DNA of 64,000 bases from an uncultured Gammaproteobacteria bacterium (GTDB lineage: Bacteria > Patescibacteriota > Patescibacteriia > Patescibacteriales > UBA12465): positions 517-64,516 of the forward strand of contig CAYXNV010000003.1 of the NCBI GenBank assembly GCA_964466835.1. Reading direction: 5' to 3'. Of this stretch, positions 54,367 through 64,000 are shown one piece after another; within the stretch, counting starts at the first letter, position 1; the number at the start of each line of letters is the position of its first letter. The translations under genes and the position numbers were made by a program. Below the pieces are notes generated by a model that saw only the letters and a list, made by a program, of their open reading frames with translations, had not been told where the DNA came from and searched no databases.

Positions 54367-55519
54367 AAATCAATTTCGATTATCAATTACCTATTTTTTA
54401 GGGTTTATTTTAGCTATTTCAGTTGCTTTGCCTGCTTATATCCAATCTAATTTTTTAAAGCAATTTGTCAGCTTGGAAATAGTTAGTTTATTCTTTGTAA
54501 TGGCTAATTTAGCGACAGTAATCGCTATTTTCTTCTATCCACACATCATTAAAAAACTTACCAATTATTTTACCGCTAAGATTATTCTGGTTATTTATTT
54601 TACTTCTCTCTTGGCTTTAGTTCTAACTAAAACCCCGATGTCAGCCTGCTTAGCAATAGTCTTATTTAGTATTGCCTCTAATCTAATTTGGATAAATATG
54701 GATGTCTTATTAGAAGGATTCTCTGCTAATGCAAGAACAGGGAAAATTAGAACTACTTATCTCACCTTTATTAATCTTGGTTGGGTTTTAGCGCCTAATT
54801 TTTCTGGTTATCTGGTAAACACCGGGGGATATTATCTAACTTTTTTAATCTCAGCCGCAATTATAATTCCATTTTTTCTAATTTTCTTAAAACAAGGAAA
54901 AAAACTAAAAGATAAAATTAAATATCCTAAAGAAAAGGTAGTGAAGATTATAAAAAAGATGTGGACTAATCATAATTTAAGAGGAGTTTTCTTTGTTTCA
55001 CTCTTATTAAGTATTTTTTATAGCTGCGCTGTCATTTATATACCTATCTACCTTCATCAAACTTTGGGCATGGATTGGCAAACTTTAGGTATGATTTTTT
55101 CAATCATGCTCCTGCCATTTATTCTAATAGAATTGCCAGCCGGAATTATTGCTGATAAATATATTGGAGAGAAGGAAATGATGACTTTGGGTGTAGCTAT
55201 ATTAGTAGCAACCTTATTCCTGTTTTTCTACATAGACACACCAACAATCTGGCTCTGGACCCTGGTTTTATTCTTAAGCCGTATTGGAGCGGCCCTAGTA
55301 GAAGCTATGAAGGAAACATATTTCTTTAAAATAGTTAATGCCAAAGATGTTACCTTAATTAATTTTTTCCGAACTACTAATCCTTTGGGGTATGTGATAG
55401 GGCCAGCCATAGCTATGGTATCTTTAGCCTTCTTGCCCCTGCAATACATTTTTTTAATACTAGGTATTATTATGATTTCCGGCCTTGGTTTTGTAGCTAT
55501 AATTCACGACACTAAATAA
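54341..55519 (+). CDS. MFS-type transporter
   Basis: 392-aa ORF with about 12 TM segments arranged 6+6 around a basic central loop (KQGKKLKDKIKYPKEK). Confidence 0.65.
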   Translation: MQKRKKRNRNQFRLSITYFLGFILAISVALPAYIQSNFLKQFVSLEIVSLFFVMANLATVIAIFFYPHIIKKLTNYFTAKIILVIYFTSLLALVLTKTPMSACLAIVLFSIASNLIWINMDVLLEGFSANARTGKIRTTYLTFINLGWVLAPNFSGYLVNTGGYYLTFLISAAIIIPFFLIFLKQGKKLKDKIKYPKEKVVKIIKKMWTNHNLRGVFFVSLLLSIFYSCAVIYIPIYLHQTLGMDWQTLGMIFSIMLLPFILIELPAGIIADKYIGEKEMMTLGVAILVATLFLFFYIDTPTIWLWTLVLFLSRIGAALVEAMKETYFFKIVNAKDVTLINFFRTTNPLGYVIGPAIAMVSLAFLPLQYIFLILGIIMISGLGFVAIIHDTK

Positions 55520-55558
55520 TTGACTTAAATTTTATTATTCTATAATATTAAACAATCT

Positions 55559-55631
55559 GCGGGTATCGTATAATGGTTTATTATGTCAGCCTTCCAAGCT
55601 GAAGATGGGGGTTCGATTCCCCCTACCCGCT
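55559..55631 (+). tRNA. tRNA-Gly (anticodon UCC)
   Basis: Sequence GCGGGTATCGTATAATGGTTTATTATGTCAGCCTTCCAAGCTGAAGATGGGGGTTCGATTCCCCCTACCCGCT. The anticodon loop is CTTCCAA. Confidence 0.92.
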
Positions 55632-55686
55632 CACATAACAAAAACAGCCCTAAAAAGGGCTGTTTTTGTGTATCTGTATATCTCTA

Positions 55687-56460
55687 TTAGCAATGATCCC
55701 AAATAAACTTAAACCAAGTTCTATAACAGTTTGCTAGCTCGCTATTTTTTATCACTGCTATAGTTACATCTTCTGAAATGTGTTTTAATGATAATCCTGA
55801 AAAAGTTACAATATAATCTCCAAATATATCTATAGCTCCCGTGGTGGAATATTCTTTTGGTAAAAATTTATATTCTTGTCCTAGATTTTTTATAATATCC
55901 TGAGCATTTGTCTCCACTTCAGCATCGAATATATGATGTCTTTTTATTTTCTTTTTATCCATTTTTTTAAGAATATTTCCTCGGAAAGTTTTTAGATCCG
56001 GGTCTAGCCATCCTCCCTTGGCGCCAATAAAATATATATCCTCTCCTGTTTTTAGGACATCTCTAAGATAATTTTTAAATCCTTCTTTCCCTTTATATAC
56101 ATATACTGCTTCTTTGGTGGTGGTTTTTTGAAATTGCTCTTTTAAATCAGGCAATATCTCTTTTAATTTTTCCTCTTTTTCCCAAATCAATTCTTTTAAC
56201 TTATCAGGCCCTACTGCTGCATATATATTTTCTTTTGCTCCGGCTATTTGATAGAGCAAGCCTTTTCTTAGTAGTCTCGGAACAGCATCGTATATATTCC
56301 TTTTATCTATTCCTGTATGCAAAGAAATAGCAGGAACTGATGCTTTGTTGTGCTTAATCAATGATTCGTAAATTTTAGCTTCATTGGGGGATAATCCAAT
56401 TTCTTCTAATACTTCTCGATACATAGCTTTATTATTTATTATAGTGGTGGTGTTTGCCAC
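55687..56460 (-). CDS. TrmB-family transcriptional regulator
   Basis: 257-aa ORF with an N-terminal winged HTH (LEEIGLSPNEAKIYESLIKHNKASVPAISLHTGIDKRNIYDAVPRLLRKGL), as in TrmB sugar regulators. Confidence 0.75.
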   Translation of the reverse strand: MANTTTIINNKAMYREVLEEIGLSPNEAKIYESLIKHNKASVPAISLHTGIDKRNIYDAVPRLLRKGLLYQIAGAKENIYAAVGPDKLKELIWEKEEKLKEILPDLKEQFQKTTTKEAVYVYKGKEGFKNYLRDVLKTGEDIYFIGAKGGWLDPDLKTFRGNILKKMDKKKIKRHHIFDAEVETNAQDIIKNLGQEYKFLPKEYSTTGAIDIFGDYIVTFSGLSLKHISEDVTIAVIKNSELANCYRTWFKFIWDHC

Positions 56461-56520
56461 TCATTCTATATAGTATACAATTTTATGAAATAAATCAATT
56501 ATTTTATATTTTACAAAACT

Positions 56521-57974
56521 ATGAATTTAATTAGTCCACAAGAAGGTTTACTCATTTTAATTGTTTTTGCAGTTATTATGATATCCCTAGTTCATTTTCT
56601 AACTAGAAGAAAAAGGAACACAAATGAAAGTTTTTTAGTAGCTGATCGCAATGTCTCTTGGTTAAGGGGTGCCTTTAGTATTGCTGTTAGTTGGATCTGG
56701 GCTCCAGCCATCTTTATTGTTTCTTTACAGGCATACACCCAAGGAATAGCTGGTGCATTTTGGTTTATTGTCCCAAATATTCTTTGTTTCTTTATCTTTG
56801 CTCCTTTAGCTATTAGACTAAGAAAACTAATGCCAAACGGATACACATTAACTGAGTTTATTCTAGAGCGATACAATAATGATGAAAAGACTCATATTGT
56901 TTTCTTAGTAGTGTTTTTTGGATATCAGTTGGGCGCCATTATCATTAATGCTTTAGCCGGAGGGACTTTATTGCACATACTAACAGGTATGAGCTTCAGC
57001 GTGGCAGTATTGTCATTATCAGGTATTGCTCTAATATATTCATTGATGAATGGATTAAAAGCATCTGTTATTACGGACGTTGTTCAAATGTTAATTATAT
57101 TAGTTTTTGCCTTTATTCTTGTTCCCTGGGTATTAGTGGAAGCCGGGGGTGTGTCTTCTATTATTGGAGGCTTAGGAGGAGTTACGGGTGAATTTGGAAA
57201 CATATTTAATCCTTGGGTGGCCTTCTCATTTGGAATAGCCACTACGATCGGATTAATATCTGGACCTATTGGAGATCAAATGTTTTTTCAAAGAAGTTTT
57301 GCGGTAAAACGAAGAGAAATTAAAAAAACATTTATTGCTGGTGGTCTAATATTTGGTTTAGTTCCTATAATTCTTAGTTTGTTGGGATTCGTGGCCGCAA
57401 ACCCAGCATTTAGTTCACTAATTAATGTAGTTGATCCCCAAATGGTTACTCCATTAACTATTGGGTATTTCTTGCCCAAGACAGCTCTTATGCTGTTTGT
57501 TTTCATGGCTTTTGCTGGGCTATCTTCAACTTTAGATTCAGCATATTGTGCTATTAGCTCTCTAGGAACAATTGATATTTATAAAAAATATTTTAACCCA
57601 AAAGCAGAAGACAAAAAATTATTAACAGTATCTAGGAAGTTTATGTTGATAATGGCCGTGATTGGAACTGGGATTGCTTTAATGCAACCAAAGTTATTAT
57701 GGGTATTTTTGATTTACGGAGCCTTAGCATCAGCGGGATTATTTCCAACTATACTTAGTTTATCTGGAAAAAATTAAACTCTAAAGGGGCGTTTTGGGCC
57801 GTTGCATTGTCATTAATCATAGCTACACCATTGTCAATATATGCCAATATTACTGAAAACAACAACCTAATTGTGTTAGCAGCAATTCTCAGCATAGTAA
57901 TTGGTCTAGCTGTTTGCTTAATTGCTGGGTGGAGTAATAAGGGCGCTAAATATATTTTCAATAAAAATTTATAA
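56521..57974 (+). pseudogene. sodium:solute symporter (SSS) family transporter interrupted by a frameshift at an A6 run
   Basis: The track ORF ends at 57777 (...FPTILSLSGKN*). Hand translation of the adjacent frame continues NSKGAFWAVALSLIIATPLSIYAN...LIAGWSNKGAKYIFNKNL* to 57974. Reading the A-run 57768-57773 as A7 gives a continuous ...LSGKKLNSKGAFWA.... Confidence 0.7.
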
Positions 57975-58134
57975 CTAAACTGTGATAGAAATAATCTAAA
58001 ATCAGCCCTGAAAAGGGCTGATTTTTGTTATGTCTAATCAATAAAAATATTCTTATATATTGACATAATTACTAAAATATGCTAATATAACATAACACCT
58101 TAATAACCAAATAATAACCCCAAAATACCAATAA

Positions 58135-58386
58135 ATGTATATTACTATTGAAACTGTTACTGACAGAACTTTTATCTATTCGGTTCTTGTTAATGTAATT
58201 CTTTTTGGAATATCATTTCTCATTTCAGAAGAATTATCCCTGTCCTTTTCCTGGATCAGATCCGGAACACTAGTTGCCACTGCCGCAACATTCATAGTTT
58301 TTGGTTTGTTTAATGAAACATGTTTTAAAAACTATGGTAAATATATCGCAGTATGTTTATGTGCTGCTACCGTTTGTTTTTTATAA
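58135..58386 (+). CDS. small membrane protein (83 aa), unknown function
   Basis: It has its own promoter, TTGACA (58060-58065)-N17-TAATAT (58083-58088), and its own terminator (CCCGTCG...CGACGGG plus T-run at about 58393-58428). Confidence 0.45.
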   Translation: MYITIETVTDRTFIYSVLVNVILFGISFLISEELSLSFSWIRSGTLVATAATFIVFGLFNETCFKNYGKYIAVCLCAATVCFL

Positions 58387-58450
58387 AATAAGCCCGTCGT
58401 TAAAATAATTTAGCGACGGGTGTTTTTTATTCTATACAGAATTTAATATA

Positions 58451-58849
58451 TTATTTTTTTCTATAGCTAGATAGCAAGACTATAATGATAATTAAAAAAG
58501 TAAAATGAAGGAAAAAATCAGTGGGGTTAAGATTATAAACAAATAGTTCCTTGGCTTGATAAATAATTTCTCTCCCATTGATTATTAAACCAATAATTAA
58601 AGCGGTAATTAAAAAAATAGTAAAAAATATTAAAACTTTTTTAACATACTTGTTAAACAACAAAAGAATTCCGCCAACAATTTCTAAAATTATAATTAGC
58701 CAAGTAAAAAAGTCTGGTAAATGTAGCTCTATCATTTCCAGTTTAGCTAATTCAGGATTAAATATCCGAAAAATCCCTGCGGAAAGAAAAATTAACCCGA
58801 GAAATATTCTGAGAACATTATTTTTTTGGTTGTTTGCCACCCATGTCAT
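58451..58849 (-). CDS. DoxX-family membrane protein
   Basis: 132-aa ORF with four TM segments and the N-terminal pattern LRIFLGLIFLSAGIFRI typical of DoxX. Confidence 0.6.
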   Translation of the reverse strand: MTWVANNQKNNVLRIFLGLIFLSAGIFRIFNPELAKLEMIELHLPDFFTWLIIILEIVGGILLLFNKYVKKVLIFFTIFLITALIIGLIINGREIIYQAKELFVYNLNPTDFFLHFTFLIIIIVLLSSYRKK

Positions 58850-59534
58850 AATTCATTATTTTTCTTCTTATTCTTTTATTAAAAATAGTATACCGAGCCA
58901 TATACAGCCACTGCAATGTTCCTTTTATTATCCCTTCTTTTTCTAAACGACGAGAAGAATATAATATTTTCTTAGAGCGAATCATCCTAAATTTACCTAA
59001 TTTAGCCGCTCGACAACAATAATCATAATCTTCAGCTACAAAAATACTAGTATCAAAACCTTTAATTCTCCGATGCACTTCTTTTGTCGCTAACATACCG
59101 GCACCAACTGAGGCAGGAACATAATACTGGCGAAAAAAACAAAAAGCATTATAGAAAAAGGCATAAATACTGTATAGAAAACAATTGGGATTGAATTTAA
59201 AATATGTCCCAGCTACAACTAAATTTCTTCTTTTAAACTCATCAACTACTAGAGTTAAAAAGTTGTCTGGCAAAACAGTGTCTGCGTCTAAAAATAAAAA
59301 AATATCTCCTTTGGCTATTTTGGCGCCATTGTTTCTTTGAAATGATGGATGTCTATTTTCTTTATCAATCACTGTTTGACAATTATATTTTTCAGCAACT
59401 CTAATAGTATTATCATCTGAGCCTGCATCAGAAACAATAATTTCATAATCAGAAAAATCTTGTTTTTTTATTGACTCTAATAAGCGAGGTAAATATTTTT
59501 CCTCATTCAGAGTCGGAATAATAATAGATAGCAT
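58818..59534 (-). CDS. family-2 glycosyltransferase
   Basis: 238-aa ORF with LSIIIPTLNEEKYL, SDAGSDD and FLDADT (DxD). Confidence 0.85.
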   Translation of the reverse strand: MLSIIIPTLNEEKYLPRLLESIKKQDFSDYEIIVSDAGSDDNTIRVAEKYNCQTVIDKENRHPSFQRNNGAKIAKGDIFLFLDADTVLPDNFLTLVVDEFKRRNLVVAGTYFKFNPNCFLYSIYAFFYNAFCFFRQYYVPASVGAGMLATKEVHRRIKGFDTSIFVAEDYDYCCRAAKLGKFRMIRSKKILYSSRRLEKEGIIKGTLQWLYMARYTIFNKRIRRKIMNYDMGGKQPKK

Positions 59535-59536
59535 AA

Positions 59537-60550
59537 TTAATCAAAAATAGTACGAGCTAATTTCCAGTATTCCGGATTCTCATTCTGATACTGCCAATAC
59601 CACCATTCCACCCCCCAGAGATAGGCTTTATCAAAATCAACATTAATTGCATATTGTAAGTTAGCCTTGAATTGTTCTAAATTAAAAGATTTTGTGGCCT
59701 CTTGTTCAGGTAAATAGGCAATACTGCCATAGGGCACCCAGGGCTCAGCCTGGAGCTCAACAATAATCCTCTGACCAGCAGGAATACCAGCTAACCAGGC
59801 CTTTAATTTATAGAACCAAGCTGGGATAGGATAGCGAACATAGCCAGTCCAAGGCCCCCAAACAACTCGATAAACAGTACTACCAAAAATATCAGACAAT
59901 CTAGCTTCCTTAAGCCAAAAACTTAACTCGCCAGTAGCAGAAATAATGATAGGACGATCATCTAATTCTCTAACTAACTCTAACTCTTTTTCAAAAAACC
60001 ATTTATCACTCGGGGGGCAAACGCCGAAAGCATTAAAAAAGGGTTCATTTTCTAATTGCCAAGCAATAATATTATCATTATCCTTATAATGCCCTATTAC
60101 CTCTTTTAACATCCTAGTAGTTTTAGCCTGAGTAATTGATAAACTCTTTTTTCCGGTCCATTCGGGAGCGTGACATTCGGGCCAACGGGGTAAACGCCAA
60201 CCAATATTAGCAATAAACTTAACATCTCGCTTAGCTCCCTCTTCAAAAATATAATCATAGTCAGTAAAATCAAAAACATTTTCTTCTACTTCAATTTCGT
60301 CCCAATAAATCGGCAGTCTTATTTCTTTTACCTCTAAATCATCTAAAATAGCTAAATAAACCTCTTTCCAATCCAAGCCAATTTCAGAACAAAACTTTTT
60401 TGAAAAAGTAACACCAAAAAATCCTGATTTATAATTCAAATCTTGTTTTAAGGGATAATTATTAGCTACCTTAAAAAAATAAACTAATAAAAATATACAC
60501 AAAAGTGCAATTAATATCCAAATCATTGTTTTTCTTCTTTCTTTATTCAT
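59537..60550 (-). CDS. membrane-anchored clan GH-A (TIM-barrel) glycoside hydrolase-like protein
   Basis: 337-aa ORF with an N-terminal TM segment and WQLENEP (the NEP acid/base motif typical of GH5/GH42-like enzymes). A later ELQAEPW could supply the nucleophile Glu. Confidence 0.5.
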   Translation of the reverse strand: MNKERRKTMIWILIALLCIFLLVYFFKVANNYPLKQDLNYKSGFFGVTFSKKFCSEIGLDWKEVYLAILDDLEVKEIRLPIYWDEIEVEENVFDFTDYDYIFEEGAKRDVKFIANIGWRLPRWPECHAPEWTGKKSLSITQAKTTRMLKEVIGHYKDNDNIIAWQLENEPFFNAFGVCPPSDKWFFEKELELVRELDDRPIIISATGELSFWLKEARLSDIFGSTVYRVVWGPWTGYVRYPIPAWFYKLKAWLAGIPAGQRIIVELQAEPWVPYGSIAYLPEQEATKSFNLEQFKANLQYAINVDFDKAYLWGVEWWYWQYQNENPEYWKLARTIFD

Positions 60551-60551
60551 A

Positions 60552-61484
60552 TTAAATCATTATAAAATATAAACCCAGGGCAATAAAAATGACAGCGACT
60601 GATTTATGCAAAATTATTCGCCAAGAAAAAGTCTCTTTTAATAATTTTGGTGCCATAAAAGCTAAAATTGCACTTAGGATTAACAGGAAAGCATATTGCA
60701 CTCCTTGTAAGGCATTGACTAAAACAATTGGTCCCAAGAAAATAGCATAATTCTGTAAAATAAATCCACTTGCCCCTAGACCCTGATTGAAAACCACTAA
60801 GAATTTATGTTTATTCTTCTTAGGCTTCCTGAAAATAGCCATGATTCTTTTTCTGTCTTTAACTCTAATTAAAAATAAAAGGACAAATACGGCTGCTCCT
60901 AGACGATTCCAAATAAAAGCGCTAGCAAATGTTTGTTCAATATAAGTATATTTAGATAACCAAAAGAAAACAGCATAGGCTAAAGCAGAAAAAATAGCTA
61001 TTGTCAGCCCGCCTGTTCTATTTTCTTGAATAATCTTGAACTTCCTTAAAACACGGGCACAAAAACTACGTGGCTGAGGTAAAAAGGCAATAATAAATAT
61101 TCCAATCAATAGAGTAGCAATGCCAATCCATTGGCTAGAAGAAAATTGTTCTTTGAAAAATAGGGAAAAAATAGCTGAAAATATTGGCGTAGTACCACCA
61201 ATAATAACTAAGATGCGAGCGGCCTCACCACGACGGAGAGCCTCATATAATAACCAAAGAGCAATCGCAAATATAAAACCAGCCAGGATGTTAAGGGAAA
61301 ACAAAAAAACTCCTGGCCATTGTAAAAACCAAGGAGCACCGATAATGACAATTCCGCCCATTAAACAAACAATAAAAGTATATGCTTTACTACTAGTAAT
61401 AACATTATCAACTAAAAATTTATCTATTAGATTAGCGATTGCCAGGAATAGATAAGCTAAAATTGCAATTAATAACCAAGACAT
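60552..61484 (-). CDS. EamA/DMT-superfamily transporter
   Basis: 310-aa ORF with 10 TM segments arranged as two 5-TM repeats. Confidence 0.6.
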   Translation of the reverse strand: MSWLLIAILAYLFLAIANLIDKFLVDNVITSSKAYTFIVCLMGGIVIIGAPWFLQWPGVFLFSLNILAGFIFAIALWLLYEALRRGEAARILVIIGGTTPIFSAIFSLFFKEQFSSSQWIGIATLLIGIFIIAFLPQPRSFCARVLRKFKIIQENRTGGLTIAIFSALAYAVFFWLSKYTYIEQTFASAFIWNRLGAAVFVLLFLIRVKDRKRIMAIFRKPKKNKHKFLVVFNQGLGASGFILQNYAIFLGPIVLVNALQGVQYAFLLILSAILAFMAPKLLKETFSWRIILHKSVAVIFIALGLYFIMI

Positions 61485-61487
61485 AAA

Positions 61488-62807
61488 TTATAATAATTGA
61501 ATATCAGAATCTTCTATTATATTTTTACCACGTAAAATTAAATCTTCGATATGATAAGTGCCCATTTTTGGTGCATCCAAAAATCCTTCCATAGCCGCTT
61601 CGGCTAGCCAGCCAGAATTAATCCAATCAAATAACCATTCATTAGTATATTCTGGATCATCACTGTCTAGGCCAGCTCCAATGGCAATTAGCCACTGACG
61701 ATTAAAGTCTTCTTGAGAACCAACTGGGTCAGACATAATAATTGGCAGACCTAGACCACTATAAAAAGTAAGTTCAGAAGGTTTAGTCCAAAGTATATCA
61801 GTTTTTCTTAAACATTTATTAAATAATTTAAAATATTCAACCTTATTAGGGTTATATATTATTTGGACATTCTTATTATTCTTTAAACCATTAGTCTTAA
61901 CAACTTCTTTGAAAAATTCATTAACATCTTCACGGCTACCAGCAATTAAATTTAAGGCAATTTTATTTTGTTTTAATGAATTTTTTAAACTTTTCAAAAT
62001 TGTTGCTCCTAAATCACGTTGAGCGCCAGCTCCACCAACTGCAAATGTTACTGTTAACAAGCGTCTATCATTTTTTTCTAAATCTTTACCTAAATGTTCT
62101 TTTAACAAGCCTTTATATTTCTTATGATAAACTCCTTGAGGGTCAAGTTTCTTTAATCTAACAGCCAAATCCTTTTTTACGATTTCTTGTTTTTCTCCTA
62201 CATTCTCTTTGGGCAAAGGGAAACCAGTAATTATAATATTCTCCTTTCTGACACCATACAATTGCAGTCTTTCTTTAACTCTTTTATTGGGGGCTAGATA
62301 AATAACTCGACTAGTCTTGGGTTCAACCGGGGCCCAAGCTCGAGAAATATCAGCATCACAAACTATACAATATATATCACCAGCATAACCATGATATTCA
62401 GCAAAATAAGCGGGGACAAAAAAGGTGGTGAGCATAGGAAGGGGGTTTTTATTGAGTTTTTCGATTAAATCTTTGCCCAAACCTTTTTTAGTTTTGCGAT
62501 AAAAGTATAATTGTTGGGAAGATTTTTTAGATAAATCACGACGAGGATAAAAATGATCAATTTTTTGGAAAGAATCCATAATTGAAAAAACTAAATCACC
62601 AAGCAAAGGAGTCTTTTTGAAATAAGATATTTTTTCATAGGTCTTTTGCCCACTTTCCCAGCTTTTTCTTTCCTTATCAGGAATGCCCTGGTAATTATTA
62701 ATCGTAATAATACCCTCTTTGCTGTCTTTCAAGAAGGGATAAGCAGCTCGTTGATGACCATAGCCCATGTCAATTGCCACCACATGCATTTTATTTTTTT
62801 TATTCAT
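61488..62807 (-). CDS. GT-B glycosyltransferase, MGDG-synthase/UgtP (GT28)-like
   Basis: 439-aa ORF with an N-terminal IDMGYGHQRAA (G-GH--AA motif) and a C-terminal TKPSELTFYSGLGLPIIM..PVGSQE..N resembling TKPGG.T..E....P......PGQE..N. Confidence 0.5.
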   Translation of the reverse strand: MNKKNKMHVVAIDMGYGHQRAAYPFLKDSKEGIITINNYQGIPDKERKSWESGQKTYEKISYFKKTPLLGDLVFSIMDSFQKIDHFYPRRDLSKKSSQQLYFYRKTKKGLGKDLIEKLNKNPLPMLTTFFVPAYFAEYHGYAGDIYCIVCDADISRAWAPVEPKTSRVIYLAPNKRVKERLQLYGVRKENIIITGFPLPKENVGEKQEIVKKDLAVRLKKLDPQGVYHKKYKGLLKEHLGKDLEKNDRRLLTVTFAVGGAGAQRDLGATILKSLKNSLKQNKIALNLIAGSREDVNEFFKEVVKTNGLKNNKNVQIIYNPNKVEYFKLFNKCLRKTDILWTKPSELTFYSGLGLPIIMSDPVGSQEDFNRQWLIAIGAGLDSDDPEYTNEWLFDWINSGWLAEAAMEGFLDAPKMGTYHIEDLILRGKNIIEDSDIQLL

Positions 62808-62861
62808 ATAAATAAAGATTATTCTTCTTTAATTATACACTAAAAATCTTCAACTATAAAC

Positions 62862-63782
62862 TTATTTTTTGTTTTCCTTAAGTTGAATATATTGATAGGC
62901 GCTAAGAACAGCCGTGGTTGCCTGTCCCATCGCAATTGTAATCTGTTTGAACTCAGTATTAGTAACATCACCAGCCGCAAAAAGCCCTGGAGTTTTAGTT
63001 TCGGCTTTGCTATTAACAATAATCTGATCACTGTCATTGCGATCAACAAATTCAGCTACTAAATCCGTGCTAGCAATCCGGCCAATTTCAATAAACACAC
63101 CATCAAGAGTAACTTCTTTCTCTTCATTCGTTTTACTATTTATTACTTTCATCTTTTCTACCTTTTGTTCACCTTCAATGCTCTTTATTTCTGTATCAAA
63201 AAGTATTTCTATGTTGGGTCGAGCTTTAACTTCATCAACCAGGGCTTCAAAAGCCCTAAATTCATCCCGACGATGGACTAAATAAACCTGGCTAGCAATT
63301 TTAGACATAACTTCAGCTGCATCTAGGGCTGAATTTCCCCCACCAATTACTGCTACTGTTTTGTCTTTGAAGAATGGGCCATCACAATTAGCACAATAGG
63401 AGACTCCTCGTCCATTTAATTCAACTTCTCCGGGAACAGCTAAACGTCGAGGAGATAAACCCATGGCGACAACAACTGTTTTAGTTTCAAATTTATCACG
63501 GCCAGTATAAAGGATAAAAGTTCCTTCATCTGTCTTCTCTATTTTCTTTACTTCATCTTCTTTAAGCTCTGCCCCAAAGTTAAGGGCTTGTTGTTTTATC
63601 TTCTGAATTAACTCAAAGCTTTTAATACTCTCAAAGCCGGGATAATTTTCAATCTCACTAGCCAAAGCGACTTGGCCACCGACTTCCCTGCCAATAATTA
63701 AAGTTTTCATCTCACGACGAACACCGTAGATAGCAGCTGTCATTCCAGCTGGGCCAGCACCAATAATAATCACATCATACAT
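62862..63782 (-). CDS. trxB: thioredoxin-disulfide reductase
   Basis: 306-aa ORF with the FAD motif YDVIIIGAGPAGMTAA, the redox-active CANCDG, the NADPH motif VIGGGNSALD, and a C-terminal GLFAAGDV. Confidence 0.92.
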   Translation of the reverse strand: MYDVIIIGAGPAGMTAAIYGVRREMKTLIIGREVGGQVALASEIENYPGFESIKSFELIQKIKQQALNFGAELKEDEVKKIEKTDEGTFILYTGRDKFETKTVVVAMGLSPRRLAVPGEVELNGRGVSYCANCDGPFFKDKTVAVIGGGNSALDAAEVMSKIASQVYLVHRRDEFRAFEALVDEVKARPNIEILFDTEIKSIEGEQKVEKMKVINSKTNEEKEVTLDGVFIEIGRIASTDLVAEFVDRNDSDQIIVNSKAETKTPGLFAAGDVTNTEFKQITIAMGQATTAVLSAYQYIQLKENKK

Positions 63783-64000
63783 AATTTTAATATAAGAATA
63801 ACTATCCTCATTTAATATGAGTTTAATAATCTTAAAAATATTAATTTATACTACTATTATAAATCCTTTTGACACTAAAGGCAAACAGGGGACTAAAGAA
63901 GAATTTATAATTATTTTATCTTTTATTTAACTTTATTTTAGCTAAAATTTATCTCTAATAACAAGTTTTCCACAATTTGTCTAAATATGGTATTTAACTA

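Noticed and set aside
1-64000. Alternative genetic code (UGA or UAG reassignment, as in some candidate phyla), and the presence of rRNA, CRISPR, transposase or integrase genes.
   Set aside because: All conserved housekeeping genes are full length under the standard bacterial code. The only interrupted gene is explained by a homopolymer frameshift. I saw no rRNA-like conserved blocks, repeat-spacer arrays or recombinase motifs in the sequence or ORF track.

Overview
This is a low-GC, tightly packed bacterial window, about 25-35% GC in hand-counted 60-nt lines. Its gene content suggests a reduced, CPR/Patescibacteria-like genome, which is an inference. Most of it is housekeeping: glyQS (partial), argS, tyrS, uvrA-like, tsaD, tsaE, ychF, rpsF-ssb-rpsR, efp, rplS, smc-like, ppsA, lgt, lspA and trxB, plus seven tRNAs (Glu-UUC, Cys-GCA, Asp-GUC, Val-UAC, Leu-GAG, Leu-UAG, Gly-UCC). 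No rRNA, CRISPR array, transposase or integrase was seen. The features most worth a second look are listed here. (1) A 4.5-kb insertion is bracketed by a perfect 24-bp direct repeat of the tRNA-Asp 3' end (29002-29025 and 33478-33501). It carries a TrpR/YerC-like regulator, an AstE/AspA-type zinc hydrolase, a LOG/TIGR00725 (SLOG-type) protein and a type-I PRTase-like protein, convergent with a KAP-family P-loop NTPase. This is my best candidate for an undescribed nucleotide-centred conflict or salvage module. (2) Six tandem VirB2/TrbC-like pilin paralogs sit at 46662-49155, with a seventh at 42069. A strong terminator follows the first copy, and a divergent GT2 plus GT-C-like glycosyltransferase pair lies next to the array. 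(3) A 1004-aa PilB/GspE ATPase has two complete ATPase modules fused in one polypeptide. (4) Several GC-elevated single-gene or small cassettes have consensus sigma70-type promoters and their own terminators. (5) Three promoter- or terminator-bounded non-coding regions may encode structured RNAs. (6) Domain-loss variants of UvrA (no UvrB-binding domain) and SMC (no recognisable hinge), a bacterial translin homologue, and a homopolymer frameshift in a sodium:solute symporter. All functional calls come from by-eye motif recognition. No database search could be run.
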